A DNA stretch of 64,000 nt from Paracoccaceae bacterium (GTDB lineage Bacteria > Pseudomonadota > Alphaproteobacteria > Rhodobacterales > Rhodobacteraceae), in contig JAWVXG010000003.1 of NCBI GenBank assembly GCA_033723355.1, positions 64,747-128,746 of the forward strand. The letters are read 5' to 3'. The notes under the pieces are model-generated. The model saw only the letters and a list, made by a program, of their open reading frames with translations. It did no database searches and had not been told where the DNA came from. Below, in pieces: positions 38,547-47,380 of this stretch; within the stretch, counting starts at the first letter, position 1; every line of letters begins with the position of its first letter. Made by a program: the position numbers and the translations under genes.

Positions 38547-40118
38547 TTGAGTAACGGTCGAGGCAACAGAACGGACGAAGGTGACGAGGTTGGGCAGGAT
38601 ATCCCAGCCGTCGCCTATGTCCGAATGTCGACTGATCACCAAAAATACTCGACCGAGAACCAGCTCGACGTCATCCGCAGCTACGCCGTTGCCCGCGGAC
38701 TGCAGATCTTGCGCGTATTCGAGGATTCAGGGCGTTCCGGGCTGCGGCTCGACGGCCGGGAGGCACTGCAGAACCTGATGGCCGAGGTCCAGTCTGGCCA
38801 GGCCGATTTCAAGGCGATCCTCGTCTATGACGTCAGCCGCTGGGGCCGGTTTCAGGATGCCGACGAGGGCGCCTACCACGAGCATGTCTGTTCACGCGCC
38901 GGGATCCGGGTCCACTACTGCGGCGAGCAGTTCGAGAATGACGGCAGCATCGGCTCGAACCTGCTAAAAACCGTCAAGCGGGTGATGGCCGGGGAATACA
39001 GCCGCGAGCTGTCGGTCAAGGTATTCGCCGGACAGTGCCGCCTCGTGGAACTCGGCTATCGTCAGGGAGGCGCAGCGGGTTACGGGCTGCGGCGCGTGCT
39101 CATCGACGAGCACGGCAATCCGAAGGGCGAACTGTCTCGCGGTGAGCAGAAAAGCCTGCAGACCGACCGCGTGATCCTCGTCCCCGGCCCCGAGGAGGAA
39201 CAGCGGGTCGTCCAGCGCATGTACGAGATGTTCGTCAACGAGATGCGCACGGAGCGTGAGATCGCGGAAATCCTGAACGGCGAAGGACACCGCACCGATC
39301 TCGACCGACTGTGGACGCGGGCCACCGTCCATCAGGTGCTGACGAACGAAAAATACATCGGGAACAATGTTTTCGCGAAGGTATCTTTCAAGCTGAAGCA
39401 GCGCCGCGTTGTGAACCCGCGAAAAATGTGGATCCGCGCGGAGGGTGCTTATCCCGCCATCGTCGATCAAGCGCTGTTCTTGCGCGCAAGAGAGATCGTG
39501 GATGCCCGAAGTCGCCATTTCTCGGATGAAGAACTGCTCGAGGCCCTACGCACCATCCTCAATCGCCAAGGCATGCTGTCGGGGCTGATCATCGACGAGC
39601 AGGACGGCCTGCCGTCCTCCAGTGCCTATCGCAGTCGATTCGGCAGCCTGCTGCGCGCCTACAGACTGATCGGATACGAGCCAGACCGGGACTACAGTTA
39701 CATCGAGGTCAACCGCACGCTGCGACAGGCGCATCCGCAGGTGGTGGCCGAGATTATCGCCGGGGTCACGCGGCAAGGCGGGTCGGCGGTGCAAAACCCG
39801 GAAACCGACCTGCTTCGCGTCAACGATGAGTTCACTTTGTCCATCGTGCTGGCCCGATGCACGTCGACAGAAGCCGGAGCCCTGCGCTGGCGCATCCGAC
39901 TCGACACCGGCCTGGTGCCGGACATCACCATCGCCGTGCGCATGGACGAGCTGAACGAGGTGCCACGCGATTACTACGTGCTGCCCAGCATCGACATGAC
40001 TTTTGGAAAACTGAAGTTCGCCGAGCAAAACGGGCTCGCGCTGGATGCGTACCGCTTCGACACACTCGATTTCTTCTACGCGCTCGCTTCGCGGGCCAGG
40101 ATCGCGGAGGTGGCTTGA
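38547..40118 (+). CDS. large serine recombinase
   Basis: Resolvase catalytic domain AYVRMSTDHQKYSTENQ ... VYDVSRWGR ... GEYSRELS, followed by a long recombinase domain. TTG or GTG start. Confidence 0.88.
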   Translation: MSNGRGNRTDEGDEVGQDIPAVAYVRMSTDHQKYSTENQLDVIRSYAVARGLQILRVFEDSGRSGLRLDGREALQNLMAEVQSGQADFKAILVYDVSRWGRFQDADEGAYHEHVCSRAGIRVHYCGEQFENDGSIGSNLLKTVKRVMAGEYSRELSVKVFAGQCRLVELGYRQGGAAGYGLRRVLIDEHGNPKGELSRGEQKSLQTDRVILVPGPEEEQRVVQRMYEMFVNEMRTEREIAEILNGEGHRTDLDRLWTRATVHQVLTNEKYIGNNVFAKVSFKLKQRRVVNPRKMWIRAEGAYPAIVDQALFLRAREIVDARSRHFSDEELLEALRTILNRQGMLSGLIIDEQDGLPSSSAYRSRFGSLLRAYRLIGYEPDRDYSYIEVNRTLRQAHPQVVAEIIAGVTRQGGSAVQNPETDLLRVNDEFTLSIVLARCTSTEAGALRWRIRLDTGLVPDITIAVRMDELNEVPRDYYVLPSIDMTFGKLKFAEQNGLALDAYRFDTLDFFYALASRARIAEVA

Positions 40119-41026
40119 TGCCCGAAGATTTGGAACTGACCAGCCAGAAGCAAGTGACCCTGATCCCGACCGACCGGATCCGGATCCTCAATCCCCGCGT
40201 CCGCAACCGGCGCGCTTTTGCAGAAATGGTCGAGAACATCGCTCGCATCGGCCTGAAGCGCCCGATCACTGTGGCGCCGCGCGCCGGGACCGATCCGCAG
40301 GAATACGACCTCGTCTGCGGACAGGGCCGGCTCGAGGCTTTCATCGAACTCAAACAGGACAGCATCCCTGCAATCGTGATCGACGCCGACGAGAGCGACT
40401 GCCTTGTCATGAGCCTCGTCGAAAACTGCGCGCGGCGGCAGCACAACCCCATCGACCTGATGCGGGAGATCGGCGCGCTCCGCCAGCGCGGCTACAGCGA
40501 CCGCCAGATTGGCGAGAAGATCGGCGTGTCCACCGAGTATGTAACCATGATCGCCGGGCTTCTGGAGAAGGGAGAGGAGCGTCTGGTATCGGCCGTGGAA
40601 ACCGGAACTCTTCCGCTGAACCTCGCCATCCAGATTTCCAAGACCGATGCGAAGGGCGCTCAGAAGGCGCTTATGGACGCCTACACCCAGAACAAGCTGC
40701 GCGGCCGAAAGCTGGCGCTTGTTCGCCGGCTGATCCAGCAACGCGAACTGCGTGGCCCCCAACTCCAGAACAACCCGCTCGGACGCCGGATAGCAAAGCG
40801 GGGGCTGACCAGTGAAGGCCTTGTCCGGGCTTATCAGCAGGAGGCCACGCGCCAGAAGCTGCTGATCAAGAAGGCAGAGCTCACCCAGAGCCGACTGATG
40901 TTCGTGCGCGAGGCCTTCCGAACGCTCTGCACGGACGCGCATTTCATGACGCTGCTCAGGGCCGAGGGGCTGGAGACGATGCCTGCCGATCTCGCCCGGT
41001 CCGTCACTGAGGGGGCATCGGCATGA
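40118..41026 (+). CDS. ParB N-terminal domain protein
   Basis: ATGA overlap with the recombinase stop. ParB/Srx box LVCGQGRLEAF, followed by an HTH (YSDRQIGEKIGVSTEYV). Confidence 0.75.
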   Translation: MPEDLELTSQKQVTLIPTDRIRILNPRVRNRRAFAEMVENIARIGLKRPITVAPRAGTDPQEYDLVCGQGRLEAFIELKQDSIPAIVIDADESDCLVMSLVENCARRQHNPIDLMREIGALRQRGYSDRQIGEKIGVSTEYVTMIAGLLEKGEERLVSAVETGTLPLNLAIQISKTDAKGAQKALMDAYTQNKLRGRKLALVRRLIQQRELRGPQLQNNPLGRRIAKRGLTSEGLVRAYQQEATRQKLLIKKAELTQSRLMFVREAFRTLCTDAHFMTLLRAEGLETMPADLARSVTEGASA

Positions 41027-41940
41027 AACGCGAGGCCCGCGAGCCCCCACGCAGGGTCAGTCTCGGGTTCGAGGACGACTGCGTCACCCTCCCCATTGAT
41101 GCCATTCTGCCGCTGCGCGCCTTCGGCAAGTCCGCCAAATCCAGCCGGAAGTACCGGCAGATCGTGGCCTCCATCGCCCAGATCGGGATCGTCGAGCCGC
41201 CCGTCGTCGTCCGGAACCCTGACAAGTCCGCAACCTGGTTGCTGCTCGACGGTCACATGCGCATCGAGGCGTTGAAGGACGCAGGCGCGATCGAGGTGGA
41301 ATGCCTGGTCTCCACCGACGATGAAGCCTTCACCTACAACCGGCAGGTTAGCCGTCTCGCGCCGATCCAGGAACACAAGATGATCCGAAAGGCGATTGAG
41401 CGCGGCGTGCCGGAGGAGAAGATCGCGCTCGCGCTCGATCTCAACATGAGCAGCATCAGGCGTAAGGTCCGCCTGCTGGACGGCATCTGTGAGGAAGCCG
41501 TCGCGATCCTGAAGGACAAGCCCGCGACCGGCGCAGTGTTCGACGCGCTGCGCAAGATGAAAACCATGCGCCAGATCGAGGCGGCCGAACTGCTTGTCAA
41601 CGCCAACAACTATTCCGTCGCCTACGTGAACGCGATCCTCGCGGGAACGCCGCAGGCCCAGCTGGTCGAGTCCTCCAAGCCGAAGAAGGTCAAGGGCATT
41701 ACGCCCGAGGCGATGGCACGGATGGAGCAGGAACTGGCCCGCCTGCAGGAAGGGATCGCTTCCATCCAAGACACCTACGGCCAGGACCATCTGCACTTGA
41801 CCGTGATCAAGGGCTACGTCGGCAAGCTGCTCGGGAACGCCCGGGTCGTGCGCTACCTGGCTCAGAACCATCCTGAGTTTCTCGGTGAATTCCAGACCAT
41901 CACCGAGATCACGCCGGCAGAGGCCACTGAGGCCGGGTAG
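41023..41940 (+). CDS. ParB-like protein (RepB-C-terminal-like)
   Basis: ATGA overlap with the upstream gene. ParB box LLLDGHMRIEAL. HTH EEKIALALDLNMSSIRR. Confidence 0.7.
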   Translation: MKREAREPPRRVSLGFEDDCVTLPIDAILPLRAFGKSAKSSRKYRQIVASIAQIGIVEPPVVVRNPDKSATWLLLDGHMRIEALKDAGAIEVECLVSTDDEAFTYNRQVSRLAPIQEHKMIRKAIERGVPEEKIALALDLNMSSIRRKVRLLDGICEEAVAILKDKPATGAVFDALRKMKTMRQIEAAELLVNANNYSVAYVNAILAGTPQAQLVESSKPKKVKGITPEAMARMEQELARLQEGIASIQDTYGQDHLHLTVIKGYVGKLLGNARVVRYLAQNHPEFLGEFQTITEITPAEATEAG

Positions 41941-42430
41941 CGGTTTGCAGCGACGATGGGGACCCGGACCCGATAAGCGCGGGGACCGCAGGAGACGCCG
42001 GACTGTGGGCCGGATCAATCGCGGCGGTGGGGATGGCGGCGAACCCGCTCGGAGCCCACCAGGCCGGCTCGAGATTTCGCCGGCTGCGCAGTCGCGTTTG
42101 CGGCTGCGATCTTTTCGGGGCGTGTCGGAGGCTGAGCCACTCCGGCACGCCCAGTTTTCGCTGAATGAACCGCAGGATTGGTGGAGCCAGTACCGCGCGC
42201 CAACTGCTCTTTGTGGCTAAGGAAACCTTCTGCGCCCATTCGCCGAAACCAACCGGTGACGCTCGTGTCCTTTTCAGATCCGCAATGAACAGCCAGTACT
42301 TCCGAGCAACCACATCAGCTCATCCTCACCCGCCGTGCGACACTCGCTCCCACTCTGCAAAAAGATCATGTTTTGTTCTTGCGATGACGCACTACCTATG
42401 TTTAGTAGGGTTTGGGATAGTTTGACAGCC

Positions 42431-42628
42431 ATGAACGAAGCAGCCGCACCGACAACTCATCTCACCATAAGGGAGGCTGCAAACCTCCTAGGTGTATCTG
42501 TTGCAACGCTAAGAAACTGGGATCGGCAGGACAAACTGAAGCCGCGCCGCCATCCGATCAATGGCTACCGCATGTATGACCGTGCCGAGATCGTGCGGCT
42601 TAAAGAACAAATCGAAGGGAAAGTATGA
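42431..42628 (+). CDS. MerR-family/excisionase-type HTH protein, leader gene of the methyltransferase operon
   Basis: LTIREAANLLGVSVATLRNWDRQDKL. Its stop overlaps the M1 start. Confidence 0.7.
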   Translation: MNEAAAPTTHLTIREAANLLGVSVATLRNWDRQDKLKPRRHPINGYRMYDRAEIVRLKEQIEGKV

Positions 42629-43599
42629 AACCCGCCGCCCAATCTCTCACGGAAAAAGATCAAACGAACCTTCAGCCTGCAAAGCGCCGGGGCCGCCCAC
42701 GCAAAGATGCCGAGCCAAAGGCTATGGTGGAAGCTGAAACAGATAGCGCTGGCCAGGACGACCTTCCCGCCACCGTCGACCCTCGCAATAAACTCAACGA
42801 CCTGACTGCGAAGGAATGGATTCCCGAGACCGTTTCCGTTTGGAATCAGCGCGGGCTTGGTGCCGGGCATCCCGATGCACAGATTGAGCGACAGCATCCT
42901 GCGCCGTTCTCTTTCACGGACGTTGGCCGTCTCATTCGTTTCTTCACCAAGAGAGGCCATACTGTCCTCGACCCCTTCGTTGGCGTTGGCTCAACCTTAA
43001 AGGCCTGCGCGATCGACGAACGCCATGGCATCGGTATCGAACTAAACCCTGATTTTGCGGAGTTGTCTCGGCAGAGGCTTGCTACCGAGGTCCGCGATAT
43101 GTTCTCAACCGTGGACGGGCAGCGCATCCTCGAAGGCGACGCTCGGGATCACTTACCTACACTTGCTGACGAGAGTGTGGATTTTGTCGTAACCAGTCCA
43201 CCCTATTGGTCTATCCTCAAAAAGGTAGACCACAAGGTGCGCCAAGAGCGCACTGGCAAGGGACTAGCCAAAGACTACGGCGAACATGAGGACGACCTTG
43301 CAAAGATCGAAAACTATGACGATTTCTTGCGAGAGCTAGCAGCAATCTTCGGTGAGTGTGCCAGAGTTCTGAAACGTGGCCACTATATGGCAATCATCGT
43401 CAGCGACTTCCGCGACAAATCAAAATACATCATGTTCCACGCCGACTTAGCACGAGCACTGGAAGCCTATGGAATGGAAATGCGCGGCCTTAAGGTCCTG
43501 TATCAGCGCCACAAGAAAGTGTTCCCCTACGGATACCCTTATTCCTACGTCCCCAACATCCACAATCAGTACATCCTAATCCTCCAGAAGCCGAAATAA
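42625..43599 (+). CDS. DNA methyltransferase (N4-cytosine/N6-adenine family; SPPY type)
   Basis: HPAPFSF ... VLDPFVGVGST (AdoMet motif I) lies upstream of the catalytic DFVVTSPPYW. Confidence 0.85.
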   Translation: MKPAAQSLTEKDQTNLQPAKRRGRPRKDAEPKAMVEAETDSAGQDDLPATVDPRNKLNDLTAKEWIPETVSVWNQRGLGAGHPDAQIERQHPAPFSFTDVGRLIRFFTKRGHTVLDPFVGVGSTLKACAIDERHGIGIELNPDFAELSRQRLATEVRDMFSTVDGQRILEGDARDHLPTLADESVDFVVTSPPYWSILKKVDHKVRQERTGKGLAKDYGEHEDDLAKIENYDDFLRELAAIFGECARVLKRGHYMAIIVSDFRDKSKYIMFHADLARALEAYGMEMRGLKVLYQRHKKVFPYGYPYSYVPNIHNQYILILQKPK

Positions 43600-44393
43600 T
43601 GTTAGAATCCCACATCGTTCATGGCGATTGCATTGAAGGGATGGCCGCCCTTGAAGCTGGTTCCTTCAATCTAATTGTGGCCGACCCACCATATAACTTG
43701 AACAAAGATTTTGGTCCGTGGAAGGAGACTGAGCGCAAAGCAGAATGGCGCGATTGGACACGCTCATGGCTAGAGGAAGCCAGCCGCCTCCTCTCTGATG
43801 AAGGTAATATTTTCGTCTATGGGATTCATCACCACATGTGCTGGGTTCAATGCATGATGCTGGAAATGGGATTGATTTACAGGCGTCAGATCATTTGGCA
43901 CTATGAGAATGGCTTTGCCGGCTACGGGAAGCGTTCCCTCAATGCCACCTACGAGCCCTTGCTTTGGTTCTCAAAAACTGACCGCTATATCTTCACGCCC
44001 ATCCGCGAGCCCTACAAAAGTCAGGAACGCCTGAAGCACAAAATAATAAAGAACGGCAAAGTTTGGGAACCCCATCCTGACGGCCGCATGGCTGGTGACA
44101 TTTGGTCATTCCCGACTCTAGCGGGCCGCCGATTCCGTGACGAAAAGGTCAACCACCCGACTCAGAAGCCGCTCTCGATATCTCGAAGAATCGTAAAGCA
44201 CTTCTCCAATCCCGGCGACACGGTGCTTGTGCCTTTTGCCGGCAGTGGGAGCGAGTGCGTAGCGGCCGTTATGGAGGGGAGAGGTTATCTTGGCTTCGAG
44301 CTAAATGGTGAATATATCGAATTGGCGCGCAATCGCATCGACAGTGTTCCGGTCGCCACTGATCCGGACCAGGCAGATATGTTTTCTACTTAG
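43599..44393 (+). CDS. DNA methyltransferase (beta-class N6-adenine/N4-cytosine; DPPY type)
   Basis: Catalytic IVADPPYN near the N-terminus, HPTQKP, then VLVPFAGSGSE. Its start overlaps the M1 stop. Confidence 0.88.
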   Translation: MLESHIVHGDCIEGMAALEAGSFNLIVADPPYNLNKDFGPWKETERKAEWRDWTRSWLEEASRLLSDEGNIFVYGIHHHMCWVQCMMLEMGLIYRRQIIWHYENGFAGYGKRSLNATYEPLLWFSKTDRYIFTPIREPYKSQERLKHKIIKNGKVWEPHPDGRMAGDIWSFPTLAGRRFRDEKVNHPTQKPLSISRRIVKHFSNPGDTVLVPFAGSGSECVAAVMEGRGYLGFELNGEYIELARNRIDSVPVATDPDQADMFST

Positions 44394-45414
44394 CCGGTTT
44401 GAACGCGCCAGCATATGGTTCAATCAGCTTTGCATTATCGAGACCAAGAAATTCGTCCAAGTTCACCACACTTTCACCGATAGTGTATGCGTCGCCGTTA
44501 AAACCGTCGAGCTTCGTGCAATTCCACATGAGTGCGACAAGCGCACCGATCGTGACGGTGCGACATCTGAGACCAAGCACCTTCTCGATGTCGCGGATCA
44601 CCTGATAGTACTCCGAACGGACGTTTGGAAGTGACAGGATGATACTGACAGGATCGATACCATCGACTGCGTAGCCATAGCGGGAGTGCAGCACGGCCAC
44701 GTCCTCGAGAAGCGCGCGTGGGGAATCCAGCACACCTGCGCCTGTTTCAATCTCCGCTACAAATGGTCTTTCGTTGCGCGAGAAACCAACAGCGTCAATG
44801 CGCATGTTGGTATCCCCGCGCCGCCGTGTGCGGGCGTTTAGTCCAACTTCGTTAAGAAGGTTCCTGACGAACAGGGTTGTCCGAGCATCCTCCAGGGACC
44901 CGACAGTTGTCGGAAAATTGGCGGCGGCGGGTGCGTCCAGTGTTGCAATCTGCCCGCTGCGATTCACTTCCGGATGCTCGCCTTTCGTCGCGGCCAAAAC
45001 GACCAGTCCGTCGGGGTCCGCCGTTTCGACGCTGGCGGTCAGACCATTGAGCAAGCTGATTGCGCCGTAGGGGCATCGCCTGATGCACAAACCGCAGCCA
45101 ATGCAATCATCCGCGACGACATAAGCGCTGGAGGCTTCGCTGTCCCAACGGATTGCTCTCGTCGGGCAAACATCGCGGCTGGGATCGCCGGGAAAAGCAT
45201 CGAGAGCGCCGAACAGCGTCAGCTCGCTGTCCTCCTTTTCCATACAGGGTGCGCTGCCGCATCCGAGGCAGCTTCCGGCACCGGAGCGCCCATCAGCCAG
45301 CATGATCGCCGTGCGTGTCTCATGTTCGTAACGCACCCCTTCCACGTTCGCGGCGTAGTGCCGCGCAAATGTCCCAGCTGGGCGTGTGCCTTTGTGAACG
45401 ACGAAATCAGACAT
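44386..45414 (-). CDS. ferredoxin-type 2x[4Fe-4S] domain protein with an uncharacterised C-terminal domain; coupled to the restriction nuclease
   Basis: Eight Cys arranged CLGCGSAPC ... CP and CIGCGLCIRRCP. The start at 45414 overlaps the upstream stop by 8 nt. The C-terminal half contains RIDAV ... FVAEIET. Confidence 0.75.
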   Translation of the reverse strand: MSDFVVHKGTRPAGTFARHYAANVEGVRYEHETRTAIMLADGRSGAGSCLGCGSAPCMEKEDSELTLFGALDAFPGDPSRDVCPTRAIRWDSEASSAYVVADDCIGCGLCIRRCPYGAISLLNGLTASVETADPDGLVVLAATKGEHPEVNRSGQIATLDAPAAANFPTTVGSLEDARTTLFVRNLLNEVGLNARTRRRGDTNMRIDAVGFSRNERPFVAEIETGAGVLDSPRALLEDVAVLHSRYGYAVDGIDPVSIILSLPNVRSEYYQVIRDIEKVLGLRCRTVTIGALVALMWNCTKLDGFNGDAYTIGESVVNLDEFLGLDNAKLIEPYAGAFKPAK

Positions 45415-47116
45415 CAAGGAACCCCCGAAGCTGGCTGAGTTGCCCTGCTTCAATCGTCACGCCATCGCGCATTGCGCGAAGGGTGAGGTGGGCAAGGGTC
45501 GTCAAATCGATCACGCCCAGACGCAGACCAAAGGCTTTGAACACGTCATCAATCAAGTTCGACATCTCGCCGCGTTCGTTGGGAAGGCGATTGCCGACAA
45601 CGAGACTTGCCAAGTCGGGATGTGTTTCCAACCCTCCCCGCGAGAGCAGGATCACCTTGTTTTCGAGCGCCTGCCGAACCGCCTTCGTAGACAGCATGAC
45701 CTCTTCTGTAGGTGACTTGATCTCGACCGGCAGAGCATAGCCATCGACCTTTATATAGGCATCCCAACGCTGGTAATTCACGCCAGCGCGCGAATAATCG
45801 CTCTCAAATCCAAGTATTTGAAAGAGGTGCGTCACTAGCGGGTAGAACGCGGTTTGCGTGTCCTTCGCGTGGTTTTCCGCGAATTTCGCAGCTGCAACAC
45901 TGATCTTGCCGTGAGCTTCCAGCAATTCGGCTAATTCAGCCCTAAGCGTGTCAGGGCCGCCCACGCCAGCCCCTTCTGCCGCGACCAAGTTCGGATGCAC
46001 GAACAAGTGCGAACGGTCGTCCCGCCCGTCCGGGGCTTCCAACGCCATCACACGGCCTTTACCTTCCTCTATGTGGGCGGTTTGCTCACTAGGCGCAAAG
46101 GCGGCGGCAATATCACCAAGCGAAAGGGACTGGAACGGCGAGAACAACAGGTCGCGTCCATCCGCGCCTAACCTCCCGAACACCGGCGCTACGGTAGTTT
46201 CCGCGTCAGCGATGCGCTGCTCAAGCGGCGCGATGTCAAAGCCCGACCGTTCCAGCATACGAAAGTGAGCCACGACGGCGAGCGCGTTGCGCTCTTCCGG
46301 AGCGATCTGCGCCGCCTCATCGGCGCGCAGATCGACGCTGCCGTCTACGCGCTCTGCTAGCATCTGGCCTTTTTCGGTCAGATGGAAGGTTCCGTATTTT
46401 CTGCCATCCCTGAATCTCGCCTGTCCCCGCGTCGCCCATCCCAAATCCCGAAGCAGGGCAATCGGCCATCGCGTGTAGTTCTGCAGCGTGTTGACCTGAA
46501 TCTTCCGCGCATCCGACACCGTTTGCACAGCTTCGCCCGAAGCCACCGCGCTCTCGCGCGCGGCTTCGATAGTCGCTACCACCGCATCCAGATCCTTCTT
46601 GCCGCGATCCCTCGCGGCACTCAGCGGCCCAATGATCATTTCGTCGCGTGACAGGTGGCCGCCGCAAGCCGCCATCACGCGCAAGATGAAGGCAAAAGGT
46701 CGAAGGTCGAAATCGCCCTTCACTGCAAGGATAGGCGTCGGATAAACGATCCCGAGCACGCACTCTTCGAGGAGCGGGCCGAAATCACGCCCGGCCGCGA
46801 CTACTTGCTGGCCAAGCAGTGTGAACGTGAAGTTCAAGGCGCTTTGCGGAGTAGGATGCAGCCATCCCAAAATCCGGAACAATTCAGCATACATCTTGAG
46901 CTGATTGTAGAGCGGATCACGGCTGCGATCAGCGCGGGTAGAACGCGCCACTGCTTCCTCGCCCATGTAGCCTGACGACGTTGCCATATTGGCGGCGACC
47001 ACCGCTGCGACAATCTCGTCGAGGTTTACTGTACGCCCGCTCAATCGCTCGAAAGCCGCCCCATAGACACGTACAAAATTCTCAATTGTGGAGCCTGGAT
47101 TTGGAAATCTCAACAT
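45407..47116 (-). CDS. restriction endonuclease, large subunit (C-terminal PD-(D/E)xK; possibly AlwI/BstNBI-like)
   Basis: RWDAYIKVDGYALPVEIKSP gives a D...E-x-K motif. Lies between the C-protein gene and the FeS gene, convergent with two methyltransferases. Start placed at the ATG at 47116, just after the C-gene stop. Confidence 0.7.
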   Translation of the reverse strand: MLRFPNPGSTIENFVRVYGAAFERLSGRTVNLDEIVAAVVAANMATSSGYMGEEAVARSTRADRSRDPLYNQLKMYAELFRILGWLHPTPQSALNFTFTLLGQQVVAAGRDFGPLLEECVLGIVYPTPILAVKGDFDLRPFAFILRVMAACGGHLSRDEMIIGPLSAARDRGKKDLDAVVATIEAARESAVASGEAVQTVSDARKIQVNTLQNYTRWPIALLRDLGWATRGQARFRDGRKYGTFHLTEKGQMLAERVDGSVDLRADEAAQIAPEERNALAVVAHFRMLERSGFDIAPLEQRIADAETTVAPVFGRLGADGRDLLFSPFQSLSLGDIAAAFAPSEQTAHIEEGKGRVMALEAPDGRDDRSHLFVHPNLVAAEGAGVGGPDTLRAELAELLEAHGKISVAAAKFAENHAKDTQTAFYPLVTHLFQILGFESDYSRAGVNYQRWDAYIKVDGYALPVEIKSPTEEVMLSTKAVRQALENKVILLSRGGLETHPDLASLVVGNRLPNERGEMSNLIDDVFKAFGLRLGVIDLTTLAHLTLRAMRDGVTIEAGQLSQLRGFLDV

Positions 47117-47117
47117 A

Positions 47118-47357
47118 CTATCTATCTGAATTCCTTGCTGAATAAGAAAAAAGTTCGGCCAAATTGATCTCCAGCCCTTCAGCAATTTTCTCGATAACGC
47201 TTAGAGTTGGGTTGCGGTCTCCGCGTTCGACACCGCCTATGTAGCTCCTGTCCAGTCCGGCACGCTCGGCCAACTCTTCTTGTGTGAGCCCAGCCGTCGC
47301 GCGCGCCTGACGGACAGCGTCTCCGAATCTGCTCGAATTCTTGTTTTTTTTCGCCAT
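47118..47357 (-). CDS. XRE-family controller (C) protein
   Basis: 79 aa with the HTH GLTQEELAERAGLDRSYIGGVERGDRNP. Lies immediately upstream of the nuclease, with C-boxes upstream. Confidence 0.85.
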   Translation of the reverse strand: MAKKNKNSSRFGDAVRQARATAGLTQEELAERAGLDRSYIGGVERGDRNPTLSVIEKIAEGLEINLAELFSYSARNSDR

Positions 47358-47380
47358 CGGAACATAATCATCGAGGAGGA

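Noticed and set aside
40834-42018. 394-aa minus-strand ORF opposite the second ParB-like gene
   Set aside because: No motifs were found. The plus-strand gene has a ParB box, an HTH and ATGA coupling to its neighbour.
41909-42313. 134-aa minus-strand ORF and the overlapping ORFs at 42015..42239 and 42165..42425
   Set aside because: I found no motifs and no convincing start context. The frames interrupt each other. I treat this as a possible gene remnant, not a gene.
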